From Verrucomicrobiota bacterium (GTDB lineage: Bacteria > Verrucomicrobiota > Verrucomicrobiia > Limisphaerales > UBA9464): a stretch of 64,000 bases of DNA. Position numbers and translations under genes: made by a program. Location: assembly GCA_029865985.1 (NCBI GenBank), contig JARXAF010000123.1, positions 2,003-66,002 on the forward strand, in the 5' to 3' direction. Under the pieces are notes generated by a model. It worked only from the letters and a program-made list of their open reading frames with translations. It made no database searches and was not told where the DNA came from. Shown here piece after piece: positions 55,695 to 64,000 of the stretch (the first letter of the stretch is position 1; each line of letters begins with the position of its first letter).

Positions 55695-56705
55695 TTAAGG
55701 ATTCTTGTTTTCCGCCGGCATCTCCAATAGGGCCGGATCAATATTCATTCCGAGAGTCAGGTTCAAGCCGGTCAGCTTTTCCTTGATCTCGTTCAGGGAC
55801 TTCTTGCCGAAGTTCCGATACTTGAGCATTTCCTGCTCAGACTTCATCGCCAACTGACCCACCGTCGTGATGTTGGCGTTGTTAAGACAATTGGCAGCAC
55901 GAACGCTCAACTCGATCTCATTGACGCTCATGTTGAGCAGCTTCTTGAGCTTCGCCTTTTCGTCGTCCTGAGGCTTGATCTCGATCTCGAACTCCACGGC
56001 GTTCTTGTCGTAGCCGACAAACACGTCCAAGTGGTGCTGCAAGATCGCTGAAGCCTGAGTCAGCGCATCATCCGGAGAAATGCGACCATCGGTCCAAATC
56101 TCGATGATCAGCTTGTCGTAATCGGTGCGCTGGCCAACGCGAGCGGCTTCCACCGCATAGCGAACCCGGGTCACCGGAGAAAACAGAGAATCGATGGCGA
56201 TCACGCCAATCGGCTGGTCAATCTTCTTGTTCTCGTCACCCGGGCAAAAGCCACGGCCTACGCGAACTTCCAATTCCATTTCCAGCTTCTTCTTCCGATC
56301 CAGGGTGCAGATGATCTGGTCCGGATTAACGATCTCGATGTTCTGGTTGAGCTCGATGTCGCCAGCGGTCACCGCGCCTTCGCGGTTCACCGAAAGAAGC
56401 AGCGTCTGCGGCTCACGAGAGTGGGCCTTGAATTTAACCTGCTTCAGGTTCAACACGATGTCGGTCACGTCTTCAACGGCACCGTCCACAGTGGTGAACT
56501 CATGCATCGCCCCGTCAATCTTGACAGAGGTGATGGCAGCCCCCTCGAGAGAGGAGAGCAGCACACGGCGAATCGAGTTTCCGATCGTGTGGCCGTAGCC
56601 GGTTTCAAACGGCTCAGCAATGAACTTGGCGTATGTATCCGTTGCAGTTGTCTCTTCTTTGGACAACCGCTTCGGCATTTCGAAGCGTCCTAGACGAACA
56701 GGCAT
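55695..56705 (-). CDS. rpoA: DNA-directed RNA polymerase subunit alpha
   Basis: FIAEPFETGYGHTIGNSIRRVLLSSLEGAAITSVKIDG is present. The C-terminal domain reads ELSVRAANCLNNANITTVGQL...LKYRNFGKKSLNEIKEKL. Confidence 0.95.
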   Translation of the reverse strand: MPVRLGRFEMPKRLSKEETTATDTYAKFIAEPFETGYGHTIGNSIRRVLLSSLEGAAITSVKIDGAMHEFTTVDGAVEDVTDIVLNLKQVKFKAHSREPQTLLLSVNREGAVTAGDIELNQNIEIVNPDQIICTLDRKKKLEMELEVRVGRGFCPGDENKKIDQPIGVIAIDSLFSPVTRVRYAVEAARVGQRTDYDKLIIEIWTDGRISPDDALTQASAILQHHLDVFVGYDKNAVEFEIEIKPQDDEKAKLKKLLNMSVNEIELSVRAANCLNNANITTVGQLAMKSEQEMLKYRNFGKKSLNEIKEKLTGLNLTLGMNIDPALLEMPAENKNP

Positions 56706-56809
56706 AATTTATGGGTGCAATTTTAATCTGAACCTCATCCCAAAGGACTCCCACCGAAGGACAAGATTCCGTATAATTGCTTCTTTGGCCGAAGCGGCGA
56801 CCAAACCGA

Positions 56810-57418
56810 TTAGCGGGAGTAAAATTCGACGACAGCCTGCTCGTTGGCGATCGGAGCAATCTCATCACGGGAAGGAACCCGCAGTAGAGCTGCCGACAAC
56901 GCTTCGCGATCCAAGCGGATCCAATCAGGAACCACGCGGCTCGTGGAACCTTCGACATTCTTCTGAACGATCGTCTTGGAGATCGCATGATCCTTTACCT
57001 GGATCAAATCGTTCACCTTAACGGCATAGCTCGGAATGCTCACCTTGCGACCGTTGACACGGACGTGACCGTGTCCGACCAACTGACGGGCAGCCGGACG
57101 GGTCAGGGCGAAACCAGCGTGATACACGAGGTTGTCCAGACGAGTCTCAAGGATTTGGAGCATCTTCTCGCCGGTCACGCCGCGCATCCGAAGGGCGCGC
57201 TCGTAAACGTTGCGGAACTGCTTCTCCTGAAGACCGTAGAAGAAACGAAGCTTCTGCTTCTCCATCAAACCGATGGCGTAGTCGCTGTGCTTGCGACGTG
57301 ACTTCGGGCCATGGGCGCCAGGAGGATAAGGACGGCGCTCCAAATACTTGGAGGTGCCGAAAATCGGTGTGCCCAGCCGGCGGCTGATGCGAACGCGAGG
57401 ACCAGTGTAACGAGCCAT
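56810..57418 (-). CDS. rpsD: 30S ribosomal protein S4
   Basis: MARYTGPRVRISRRLGTPIFG...YGLQEKQFRNVY...RLDNLVYHAGFALTRPAARQLVGHGHVRVNGRKVSIPSY. Confidence 0.95.
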   Translation of the reverse strand: MARYTGPRVRISRRLGTPIFGTSKYLERRPYPPGAHGPKSRRKHSDYAIGLMEKQKLRFFYGLQEKQFRNVYERALRMRGVTGEKMLQILETRLDNLVYHAGFALTRPAARQLVGHGHVRVNGRKVSIPSYAVKVNDLIQVKDHAISKTIVQKNVEGSTSRVVPDWIRLDREALSAALLRVPSRDEIAPIANEQAVVEFYSR

Positions 57419-57442
57419 TGTCGGAAATAGTTGAAATTTGAA

Positions 57443-58051
57443 TTACACGCGGCGCTTCTTACGGGGACGGCAGCCATTGTGCGGGACCGGGGTCACGTCT
57501 TTGATCACGGTGATCTCGAGACCGATGGCCTGGAGAGCACGGATGGCCGACTCACGGCCGGAACCCGGACCATTGACCCGAACTTCGACCTCGCGCATGC
57601 CGTGCGACATCGCCTGACGAGCAGCGTCCTGAGCGGCCTGCTGAGCAGCAAAGGCAGTGCTCTTACGGGAACCCTTGAATCCAACCCGACCCGCTGTGCT
57701 CCAACCGATCAGGTTGCCCTGCATGTCGGTGATGGTCACCTGAGTGTTGTTGAAAGTCGCCATGACGTGCGCCACGCCCAACGCGATGTTCTTCGCACCC
57801 TTGGCGCGAATGATTTTCTTCGCATTAGGATCATCACCGAGCAGGTCGGCGGCAGTCGGAGCAGCCGCGGCTGCCAACGGTGCCGGAGCGGCCGATGCAG
57901 CGGGTGCTGCCGTCGCAGCTCCCTGGCCGTCTGCAGCAGCCTTCTTGCTCTTCGGAGCAGCCTTGGTGGTGGCCTTTTCTGCGGTTACCTCTGCGGTAGC
58001 CTCACCGGCCTCGGCCTTGGGGGCCTTCTTGGCCTTTGTCTCTTCTGCCAT
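57443..58051 (-). CDS. rpsK: 30S ribosomal protein S11 with ~70-aa Ala/Lys-rich N-terminal extension
   Basis: The core [30 protein letters not shown]...[12 protein letters not shown]...[17 protein letters not shown] is S11. At 202 aa it compares with about 130 aa in typical bacteria. No in-frame ATG/GTG/TTG lies between 58051 and the conserved core. Confidence 0.9.
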   Translation of the reverse strand: MAEETKAKKAPKAEAGEATAEVTAEKATTKAAPKSKKAAADGQGAATAAPAASAAPAPLAAAAAPTAADLLGDDPNAKKIIRAKGAKNIALGVAHVMATFNNTQVTITDMQGNLIGWSTAGRVGFKGSRKSTAFAAQQAAQDAARQAMSHGMREVEVRVNGPGSGRESAIRALQAIGLEITVIKDVTPVPHNGCRPRKKRRV

Positions 58052-58070
58052 AATCAGTTAAACGATGAAA

Positions 58071-58457
58071 TTAAGCCTTGGCGGTCGGATTTCTCTGCAC
58101 ACCCACCGTCTTGCGGGGACCTTTTCGGGTGCGGGAGTTGGTCTGTGTGCGTTGACCGCGGACGGGCAAGCTTCGGCTGTGGCGCTGACCACGGTAAGAC
58201 TTGATCGCCTGAAGGCGCTTCAAGTTCATACCCAGCTCACGGCGAAGATCACCTTCGGTCACATACTTGCCTTCTTGGATCGCATTGACGATCAAAGAAA
58301 GCTGGCTCTCGTTAAGAGATTTGGCGCGAAGAGACGGATCGATGTTGGCCCGCTCCAATATTTCGAGCGCATTGACCGGACCGATTCCGTAGATGTAGCG
58401 GAGCGCGATATCGATTCGCTTGTCCGCAGGAATATCAACTCCCAAGATTCGTGGCAT
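58071..58457 (-). CDS. rpsM: 30S ribosomal protein S13
   Basis: The ATG at 58457 gives MPRILGVDIPADKRIDIALRYIYGIGPVNA...IKSYRGQRHSRSLPVRGQRTQTNSRTRKG. Confidence 0.95.
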   Translation of the reverse strand: MPRILGVDIPADKRIDIALRYIYGIGPVNALEILERANIDPSLRAKSLNESQLSLIVNAIQEGKYVTEGDLRRELGMNLKRLQAIKSYRGQRHSRSLPVRGQRTQTNSRTRKGPRKTVGVQRNPTAKA

Positions 58458-58473
58458 AAAACGTTTCCTATGA

Positions 58474-58587
58474 TCAGCCTTGCCGCTGCTTGTGGCGCGC
58501 ATTCGAGCAGATCACACGGATCACGCCCTTGCGTTTGACCATTTTGCAGTTCTCGCAAAGTTTCTTAACTGAAGCTCTGACTTTCAT
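58474..58587 (-). CDS. rpmJ: 50S ribosomal protein L36 (not in the ORF track, 37 aa)
   Basis: The reverse complement of 58474-58587 translates to [37 protein letters not shown]. This is the canonical zinc-ribbon L36 sequence in the expected position between map and rpsM. Confidence 0.9.
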   Translation of the reverse strand: MKVRASVKKLCENCKMVKRKGVIRVICSNARHKQRQG

Positions 58588-58606
58588 TTTCGAAATCGTA
58601 AACCCG

Positions 58607-59377
58607 TCAATACAACTGACTCTCTTCGTCTCGTGTCAAAATTTCCGGTCCAGAATCGGTGATGAGCACCGTGTGCTCGAAATGGGCAGACACCTGCCGA
58701 TCCCGAGTGACGACAGTCCAACCATCGTCCAAAATTTCCACCGCTGCACTTCCCAGCGTGACCATTGGTTCAATGGCGATCGTCATCCCGCTCTTGAGCC
58801 GAGTCACGGATTTGTTGTCGACGTAATTAGGAACCTGAGGTTCCTCATGAACGCTGCGACCAACACCATGCCCGCAAAATTCGCGGACAATTCCATAACC
58901 TGACCCAGAAACACATCGCTCCACTGCGCGACCAATCTCCAATACCTTGGAGCCAGCCTGCGCTGCGGAGATGCCTTCATACAGCGCTTGGATCGTTGTA
59001 TCCAGCAACTTCTGAAAACGGGGCGAACCGCCACCAACAATCAAGGTCATCGCCACGTCGCCGATGAAGCCCTGATACCGCACGCCGACATCAATCTTGA
59101 GCAAGTCTCCGAATTGCAATCTCCGACCGTCACCGATGCCGTGAATCACGGCCTCATTGACAGACAGACAGCATTGCCCTGGAAAGCCCCTGTACCCGAG
59201 AAATGCACTCACGCCGCCGTGTGATGCGATTAAGCGACCCACTTCGACATCCAGCTCCCGAGTCGTCAACCCAGGCGCAGCAAAGGCTGCGGCACCCCGC
59301 AACACCTTGCTCGCAATGCGACCCGCAGCCCTCATAGCCCGGATCTCTTCGGCTGTCTTGATGATTGGTCGCCCCAT
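58607..59377 (-). CDS. map: type I methionine aminopeptidase
   Basis: [62 protein letters not shown] and [10 protein letters not shown] give the complete set of metal ligands. Confidence 0.95.
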   Translation of the reverse strand: MGRPIIKTAEEIRAMRAAGRIASKVLRGAAAFAAPGLTTRELDVEVGRLIASHGGVSAFLGYRGFPGQCCLSVNEAVIHGIGDGRRLQFGDLLKIDVGVRYQGFIGDVAMTLIVGGGSPRFQKLLDTTIQALYEGISAAQAGSKVLEIGRAVERCVSGSGYGIVREFCGHGVGRSVHEEPQVPNYVDNKSVTRLKSGMTIAIEPMVTLGSAAVEILDDGWTVVTRDRQVSAHFEHTVLITDSGPEILTRDEESQLY

Positions 59378-59475
59378 AACTTCAGCGCTTACGCTTGTGA
59401 TTGAGGTGACCTTCCACCCTGCTTCAACCGATTGATATTGATTCTGTAACCGAAACTGACAAAGAACGAAAAAAA

Positions 59476-60855
59476 CTAGGCGCGCCCGCGAACCTTACCC
59501 TTTTTGAGGAACCCATCGTAGTGCCTCATCAACAAGTAGGACTCCATCTGCCGCATCGTGTCCAAAAGAACACCGACCGTGATCAGCAAGGATGTGCCTC
59601 CGAAAAACTGAGCGACCAACGGATCGATCTTGAGATACGCGCTCATCACCGTCGGAATGATCGCAATCACAACCAAGAACACAGCACCTGCCAACGTGAT
59701 GCGACTCATGGTGTTGTGCAGGAAATCGCTGGTCGCCGTACCAGGTCGAACTCCAGGAATATAACCACCATGCTTCTTCAAATCGTCAGCTACCTGAAGC
59801 TCGTTGAATTGGGTTGCAACCCAGAAGTACGAGAAGAACAGGATCATCAGACCATAGAGGAAAAGGTAGGTGAAACCCTGTCGCCCCAAGTGGCTAGCAA
59901 TGTAAATCGACACCTGCTTGGCAAAGCCAGCCGGGAGGATCGCTGCCAATTTTTCAAAAATCATCCCAGGGAACATCAAGATAGCTTGGGCAAAAATAAC
60001 AGGCATCACGCCGGCGTAGTTGACGCGCAGCGGCATGAAGGATGTGCCACCCGACATGATCTTTCGACCCACCGCCCTCTGTGCATACTGCACGGGAATC
60101 TTGCGCTGGCCTTGTGTGATCAACACGACACCTGCGACAACAATGGCCAAGACCAAGACAAGCAGTACGAGGTGCAGGAACTTGGAGTTCTCCTGTTGAA
60201 ACATCGACACCAACGATTTGCCCGCATTCGGCAGTCGGGCGAGGATGCCAACGGTGATCAACAACGATACTCCGTTACCAATTCCCCGCTCGGTGATTTG
60301 CTCACCCAACCACATCAAGAACAAAGTTCCCGATGTCAAAATCATCACAGTCTGGATGCGGTAGAGCCAAATGTACTCGGCAGTCACCAGCGAACCAGAA
60401 AATCCTTGGAACGCTTTCTCTGGATTTTCCCATCCGAGGGCGACGATGAGACCGTGGCCCAAACAAAGCAGAACCGTTAGGTAACGACCATAAGCCACCA
60501 ACTTCGCCCGTCCGCCCTCCTCGCGAGCCAACTTGCCCAAAGGAGCAACGACCGCGGTCAAAAGCTGGATGAAAATCGTGGCACTGATGTAAGGCATAAT
60601 TCCCAAGGCCCCGACAGCGCATTGTTCCAACGCGCCGCCCGTGAACATGGAATACAAACCAAACACACCCGCCCCGCCCGAGGTCTTAGCCGCCTCAGCG
60701 AAATAGGCCGCCAATTTGGAACCGTCCAAACCTGGAACCGGTGTCAAGGCAATGACTCGGGCGACAGCCAGAACCACAGCCGTGAAGATGATCCGAGACC
60801 GAAGTTCCGGAATCTTCAAGCAGTTCGCGAAGGTATTGAACAGTTGACCAATCAT
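59476..60855 (-). CDS. secY: preprotein translocase subunit SecY
   Basis: LRSRIIFTAVVLAVARVIALTPVPG, GALGIMPYISATIFIQLL, WLGEQITERGIGNGVSLLI, MPVIFAQAIL and the C-terminal LLITVGVLLDTMRQMESYL are present. 459 aa, 10 TM. Confidence 0.95.
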   Translation of the reverse strand: MIGQLFNTFANCLKIPELRSRIIFTAVVLAVARVIALTPVPGLDGSKLAAYFAEAAKTSGGAGVFGLYSMFTGGALEQCAVGALGIMPYISATIFIQLLTAVVAPLGKLAREEGGRAKLVAYGRYLTVLLCLGHGLIVALGWENPEKAFQGFSGSLVTAEYIWLYRIQTVMILTSGTLFLMWLGEQITERGIGNGVSLLITVGILARLPNAGKSLVSMFQQENSKFLHLVLLVLVLAIVVAGVVLITQGQRKIPVQYAQRAVGRKIMSGGTSFMPLRVNYAGVMPVIFAQAILMFPGMIFEKLAAILPAGFAKQVSIYIASHLGRQGFTYLFLYGLMILFFSYFWVATQFNELQVADDLKKHGGYIPGVRPGTATSDFLHNTMSRITLAGAVFLVVIAIIPTVMSAYLKIDPLVAQFFGGTSLLITVGVLLDTMRQMESYLLMRHYDGFLKKGKVRGRA

Positions 60856-60899
60856 TGGCGGATATTGTTGGGGGTTACCCTGAAACTAAGCTGTACCTT

Positions 60900-61346
60900 T
60901 CAGGATACAACCTCGGCCGTACCACCGAGCTTCTCGATGGCCGCACGGGCTGTTGCACTGAAAGCGTGTGCTCGAACGGTCAATTTCTGGGTCAATTCAC
61001 CACGCCCCAGAACCTTGATTCCGTCGTAGGTCCCATTGGCAAGACCTGCCTGCTGCAGCGCAGCGACGTCAACGACGGAACCAGCTTCAAACGTGTTGAG
61101 ATCAGAAAGATTCACCGGAACGAAGGCTACTTTGAAACGCTTGTTGTTGAAGCCGCGCTTCGGGATACGGCGAATCAAGGGCATCTGTCCGCCTTCGAAA
61201 CCGATACGGATCGAACTACCGGAACGCGCACTTTGACCCTTGCCGCCACGGCCGGAGGTCTTGCCTCGGCCGCTGGATTCGCCCTGGCCCAGGCGCTTTT
61301 TGCGGTGCTTGGCTCCCGGACGGGGTTTAAGATCGTGAAGTCTCAT
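60900..61346 (-). CDS. rplO: 50S ribosomal protein L15
   Basis: The ATG at 61346 gives MRLHDLKPRPGAKHRKKRLGQGESSGRGKTSGRGGKGQSARSG...FEGGQMPLIRRIPKRGF. Confidence 0.9.
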   Translation of the reverse strand: MRLHDLKPRPGAKHRKKRLGQGESSGRGKTSGRGGKGQSARSGSSIRIGFEGGQMPLIRRIPKRGFNNKRFKVAFVPVNLSDLNTFEAGSVVDVAALQQAGLANGTYDGIKVLGRGELTQKLTVRAHAFSATARAAIEKLGGTAEVVS

Positions 61347-61350
61347 AAAT

Positions 61351-62007
61351 TCAGGCAGTCTTGGTCGCAGCGATGCGGTTTTCGAGGCCACGGCCCTTCA
61401 GGATCTGCTCCCGGGTCCGCAGGCTCAACAGTGCGTTCAAAGTAGCCTTGGCCACGTTCGAGGCGTTCTTGGATCCAAGCGACTTGGAGAGAACGTCCTT
61501 GACGCCGGCGGATTCAACCACCGCACGGACGGTCTTGCCGCAGATCAGACCCGTTCCCGGACTGGCCGGACGGAGAAGAACCTTGGCTCCACCAAATTCG
61601 GAATAAACCTCATGAGGAATGGTGCTCGCCGACAAGGAGACCAACGCAATACGGGACTTGGCGTTTTCGCCACCCTTTTTGATAGCCTCGCTCACCTCGG
61701 CTCCCTTGCCCATGCCCATGCCGACTTTTCCTTGCTTGTCACCCACGATGATGAGGGCGCTGAAGGAAAACCGTCGGCCGCCTTTGACAACCTTGGAAGA
61801 GCGATTGATGTGAACAACCTTCTCGATCAGGCCATCCTTCGGCTCGTCATTGTCGCGCTGGTCCCGTGAGGAACGACGCGGACCACGGCCACGGCCACCA
61901 TCGGAATAGCCTCTGGATGGGCGGTCACCACCGAATGACTGGGTGCCACCTGACGCCGATCCGGCGGGTGCAGCCTGGGCTGCTGAAATGTCTTTTTGGT
62001 CTGCCAC
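61351..62007 (-). CDS. rpsE: 30S ribosomal protein S5 with Arg/Gly/Asp-rich N-terminal extension
   Basis: The core is LIEKVVHINRSSKVVKGGRRFSFSALIIVGDKQGKVGMGMGKGAEV...PASPGTGLICG. The GTG start at 62007 follows an AAGGA motif. An extra ~55 aa precedes the conserved core. Confidence 0.9.
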   Translation of the reverse strand: MADQKDISAAQAAPAGSASGGTQSFGGDRPSRGYSDGGRGRGPRRSSRDQRDNDEPKDGLIEKVVHINRSSKVVKGGRRFSFSALIIVGDKQGKVGMGMGKGAEVSEAIKKGGENAKSRIALVSLSASTIPHEVYSEFGGAKVLLRPASPGTGLICGKTVRAVVESAGVKDVLSKSLGSKNASNVAKATLNALLSLRTREQILKGRGLENRIAATKTA

Positions 62008-62021
62008 AAGATTCCTTCAGT

Positions 62022-62384
62022 TCAAAATTTGAGACCCGCTTCACGAGCGGCATCTGCCAGTGCCTTCACCTTGCCGTGGTACCGAGAGGCTCCGCGGTCG
62101 AAGACCACGGATTCAATGCCCTTTTCCTTGGCAGCAGCAGCAGCGCGCTGACCGGTCAAGATAGCATTCGACGCATTCGCACCCTTCACCTCGGTCGGGG
62201 CGGCCTTGTCGCGGGTGCCAACGGCAGCCAGCGTCTTACCCACCACATCGTCGATGAATTGCACGTAAATATGCTGCCCGGTGAACTTGACGCTCATGCG
62301 GGGCCGGGCGGCAGTGCCCGTAACGGTCTTTCTGACCCGCCAGTGGCGCAGTTGGGCCAACCGGTGTTTGTGCTCTGTTCTCAT
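62022..62384 (-). CDS. rplR: 50S ribosomal protein L18
   Basis: RHWRVRKTVTGTAARPRMSVKFTGQHIYVQFIDD...VVFDRGASRYHGKVKALADAAREAGLKF. Confidence 0.9.
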   Translation of the reverse strand: MRTEHKHRLAQLRHWRVRKTVTGTAARPRMSVKFTGQHIYVQFIDDVVGKTLAAVGTRDKAAPTEVKGANASNAILTGQRAAAAAKEKGIESVVFDRGASRYHGKVKALADAAREAGLKF

Positions 62385-62410
62385 TCTAGCAAAATTAACG
62401 ACAAACCGAA

Positions 62411-62947
62411 TTACTGGACAGTCTTGCCTTCCTTGCGGACGACCTTCTCGCCGGCGTAGCGGACACCCTTGCCCTTATACGGCTCCGGCGGGTAGAAGCT
62501 GCGGATCTCAGAGGCTACGCGGCCAACGAGTTCCTTGTCAGCGCCATCGATGGTCAGCTTGGTGCCTTCCTCGACAACCACCTTGATACCGGCGGGGACC
62601 GGATAATTGATCGGGTGGCTGTATCCCAAAGCAAGATTGATGACCGAACCCTGCAGAGCGGCCTTGAAGCCAACGCCCTGGATTTCCAGCTTCTTCTGGA
62701 AACCTTCGGACACACCCTTGACCATGTTATTGACCAGAGCGCGTGCCAAGCCGTGCATGGCGCGGGCCTCGGCGGTCTCAGCATTTCGGCCAAGACAGAC
62801 ATTGGTTCCGTCCACCTTGGCGCTGGTGAAACGCGGCAGCGAAAGACCAAGGCTACCCTTGGGTCCTTCCACCGTCACACGGTCCCCGCTGACGGAAACC
62901 TTAACCTTGGCCGGGATGGCTACCGGGCTTTTTCCAATACGTGACAT
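62411..62947 (-). CDS. rplF: 50S ribosomal protein L6
   Basis: MSRIGKSPVAIPAKVKVSVSGDRVTVEGPKGSL...LEIQGVGFKAALQG..LNLALGYSHPI...PEPYKGKGVRYAGE. Confidence 0.95.
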   Translation of the reverse strand: MSRIGKSPVAIPAKVKVSVSGDRVTVEGPKGSLGLSLPRFTSAKVDGTNVCLGRNAETAEARAMHGLARALVNNMVKGVSEGFQKKLEIQGVGFKAALQGSVINLALGYSHPINYPVPAGIKVVVEEGTKLTIDGADKELVGRVASEIRSFYPPEPYKGKGVRYAGEKVVRKEGKTVQ

Positions 62948-62958
62948 AACAAAATCTT

Positions 62959-63348
62959 TTACCAGACGTAACAGACAATCTCACCGCCCACATTCTGGCG
63001 ACGAGCTTGGGAACCGGTCATCACTCCTTGAGGAGTCGAGAGAATGGCGACGCCAAGTCCACCGAGCACACGCGGTGCATCAGAACCGGCCACATACCGG
63101 CGCAAACCCGGAGTGCTCACCTGCTTGAGGCCTTGGATCACCGCCTTGCGACCCTGATATTTCAAGCCCAGCTTAAGGGTCTTGAGCTTGTCGCCTTCAA
63201 CGGCGACATCGGAAATATAACCTTCGCTCTTCAGAACCCGGGCGATCGCTTCCTTGTAGATGGAGTGAGGGATCGAAACCGTCGGGTGCAATGCCATACC
63301 GGCATTGCGAATGCGGGTCAGCAGGTCAGAAACTGGATCAGCGTTCAT
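62959..63348 (-). CDS. rpsH: 30S ribosomal protein S8
   Basis: [29 protein letters not shown]...LKSEGYI...PGLRRY...[15 protein letters not shown]...GGEIVCYVW. Confidence 0.95.
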   Translation of the reverse strand: MNADPVSDLLTRIRNAGMALHPTVSIPHSIYKEAIARVLKSEGYISDVAVEGDKLKTLKLGLKYQGRKAVIQGLKQVSTPGLRRYVAGSDAPRVLGGLGVAILSTPQGVMTGSQARRQNVGGEIVCYVW

Positions 63349-63367
63349 GGATGTAGATGGGCTCGGA

Positions 63368-63637
63368 TTACCAGCTGGACTTGGTGACGCCCGGGATCAA
63401 ACCCTGCAGGGCGGCCTCTCGGAACGAGAGACGAGACACGCCGTACTTGCGGATGAATCCGTGACGACGGCCGCTGACGAGGCAGCGGTTCACCACGCGA
63501 ACTGGGCTTGCGTTCTTGGGCAACTGGGACAAGCCAGCATAGTCGCCTTTAGCCTTTAATTCCGCGCGAAGAGCCGCAAACTTCTTGACGGTCTCCAACT
63601 TCTTCTTGTTCCGGGCAAGCCAGGATTTCTTGGCCAT
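63368..63637 (-). CDS. rpsN: 30S ribosomal protein S14 (long, non-zinc form)
   Basis: [28 protein letters not shown]...[40 protein letters not shown]. 89 aa, without the CxxC pairs. Confidence 0.9.
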   Translation of the reverse strand: MAKKSWLARNKKKLETVKKFAALRAELKAKGDYAGLSQLPKNASPVRVVNRCLVSGRRHGFIRKYGVSRLSFREAALQGLIPGVTKSSW

Positions 63638-63649
63638 AGGATAAATTGT

Positions 63650-64000
63650 TTATTTTGAAAACGGCATTCCCATCATCTTCAGGAGGTCGTAGGCCTCCTC
63701 GTTCGTGGGAGCAGAGGTGACGATGGTGATGTCCATACCCTGCTGTCTCTTGATCTTGTCGAGCTCGATCTCGGGGAAGATCGTTTGATCAGGGATGCCC
63801 AGAGAATAGGTTCCACGACCATCAAACTGACGGGATCCGACTCCGCGGAAATCGCGAATGCGGGGCAAAGCGGCCGAGACAAGACGGTCGAAGAATTCGT
63901 ACATCACCTCGCGGCGCAAGGTAACCTTGCAACCGACGGACTGGCCCTTGCGGAGCTTAAAATTGGCGATGCTTTTGCGGGCAATGTTCACGACTGCCTT
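63650..64000 (-). CDS. rplE: 50S ribosomal protein L5, 3' part (5' end beyond window)
   Basis: The frame is open to the window edge. [37 protein letters not shown]...[20 protein letters not shown]...[10 protein letters not shown] is typical L5. Confidence 0.9.
   Translation of the reverse strand, partial: KAVVNIARKSIANFKLRKGQSVGCKVTLRREVMYEFFDRLVSAALPRIRDFRGVGSRQFDGRGTYSLGIPDQTIFPEIELDKIKRQQGMDITIVTSAPTNEEAYDLLKMMGMPFSK

Noticed and set aside
58588-61350. Search for infA, adk and rpmD in the ribosomal operon gaps
   Set aside because: The gaps are 19, 98 and 4 nt, and no hidden small ORF with the IF1, adenylate kinase or L30 sequence is present. Only rpmJ (58474-58587) was recovered outside the ORF track.

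Overview
This is a high-GC bacterial chromosomal window whose gene repertoire points to the PVC superphylum, most likely Verrucomicrobiota. That placement is an inference from DUF1501 / DUF1549-DUF1553 gene pairs, PSCyt heme modules, FG-GAP/UnbV-ASPIC giants and Tat-exported Gfo/Idh/MocA enzymes. I call 44 protein genes, 3 tRNAs (Lys-UUU, Glu-UUC, Pro-UGG), 3 intrinsic terminators and several tandem repeats. Housekeeping anchors are dnaA (45418-46818, -), proS, ruvC, mogA, cutA, lpxK, gnd, an Fe/Mn superoxide dismutase, and the spc/alpha ribosomal operon rplE..rplQ (55149-64000, -). That operon includes an rpmJ at 58474-58587 that is absent from the ORF track, and it lacks rpmD, adk and infA. 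I found no rRNA, CRISPR array, transposase or integrase. The parts most worth a second look are these: (1) a single 9.6-kb gene (12020-21619) for a roughly 3,200-aa secreted protein with five LamG domains, two beta-propellers and an old ~3-kb internal duplication. (2) An 18-kb same-strand string starting at dnaA. It runs through two tandem double-module FG-GAP/UnbV-ASPIC giants, then a PSCyt1-WD40-PSCyt2(DUF1549)-DUF1553 heme-motif protein, a Tat-DUF1501 protein and a twin PPC-domain protein. A second DUF1553/DUF1501 pair sits at 7511-11795. The function of these pairs is unknown. (3) A lysine/alanine-repeat histone H1/Hc2-like gene built from a 36-bp tandem repeat lies next to the dnaA upstream region, with a possible coupled 16-codon upstream ORF. 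(4) A DUF2892-TrxC-MFP-RND string has no outer-membrane factor. All functional calls come from reading the translated ORFs by eye. No database search was run.
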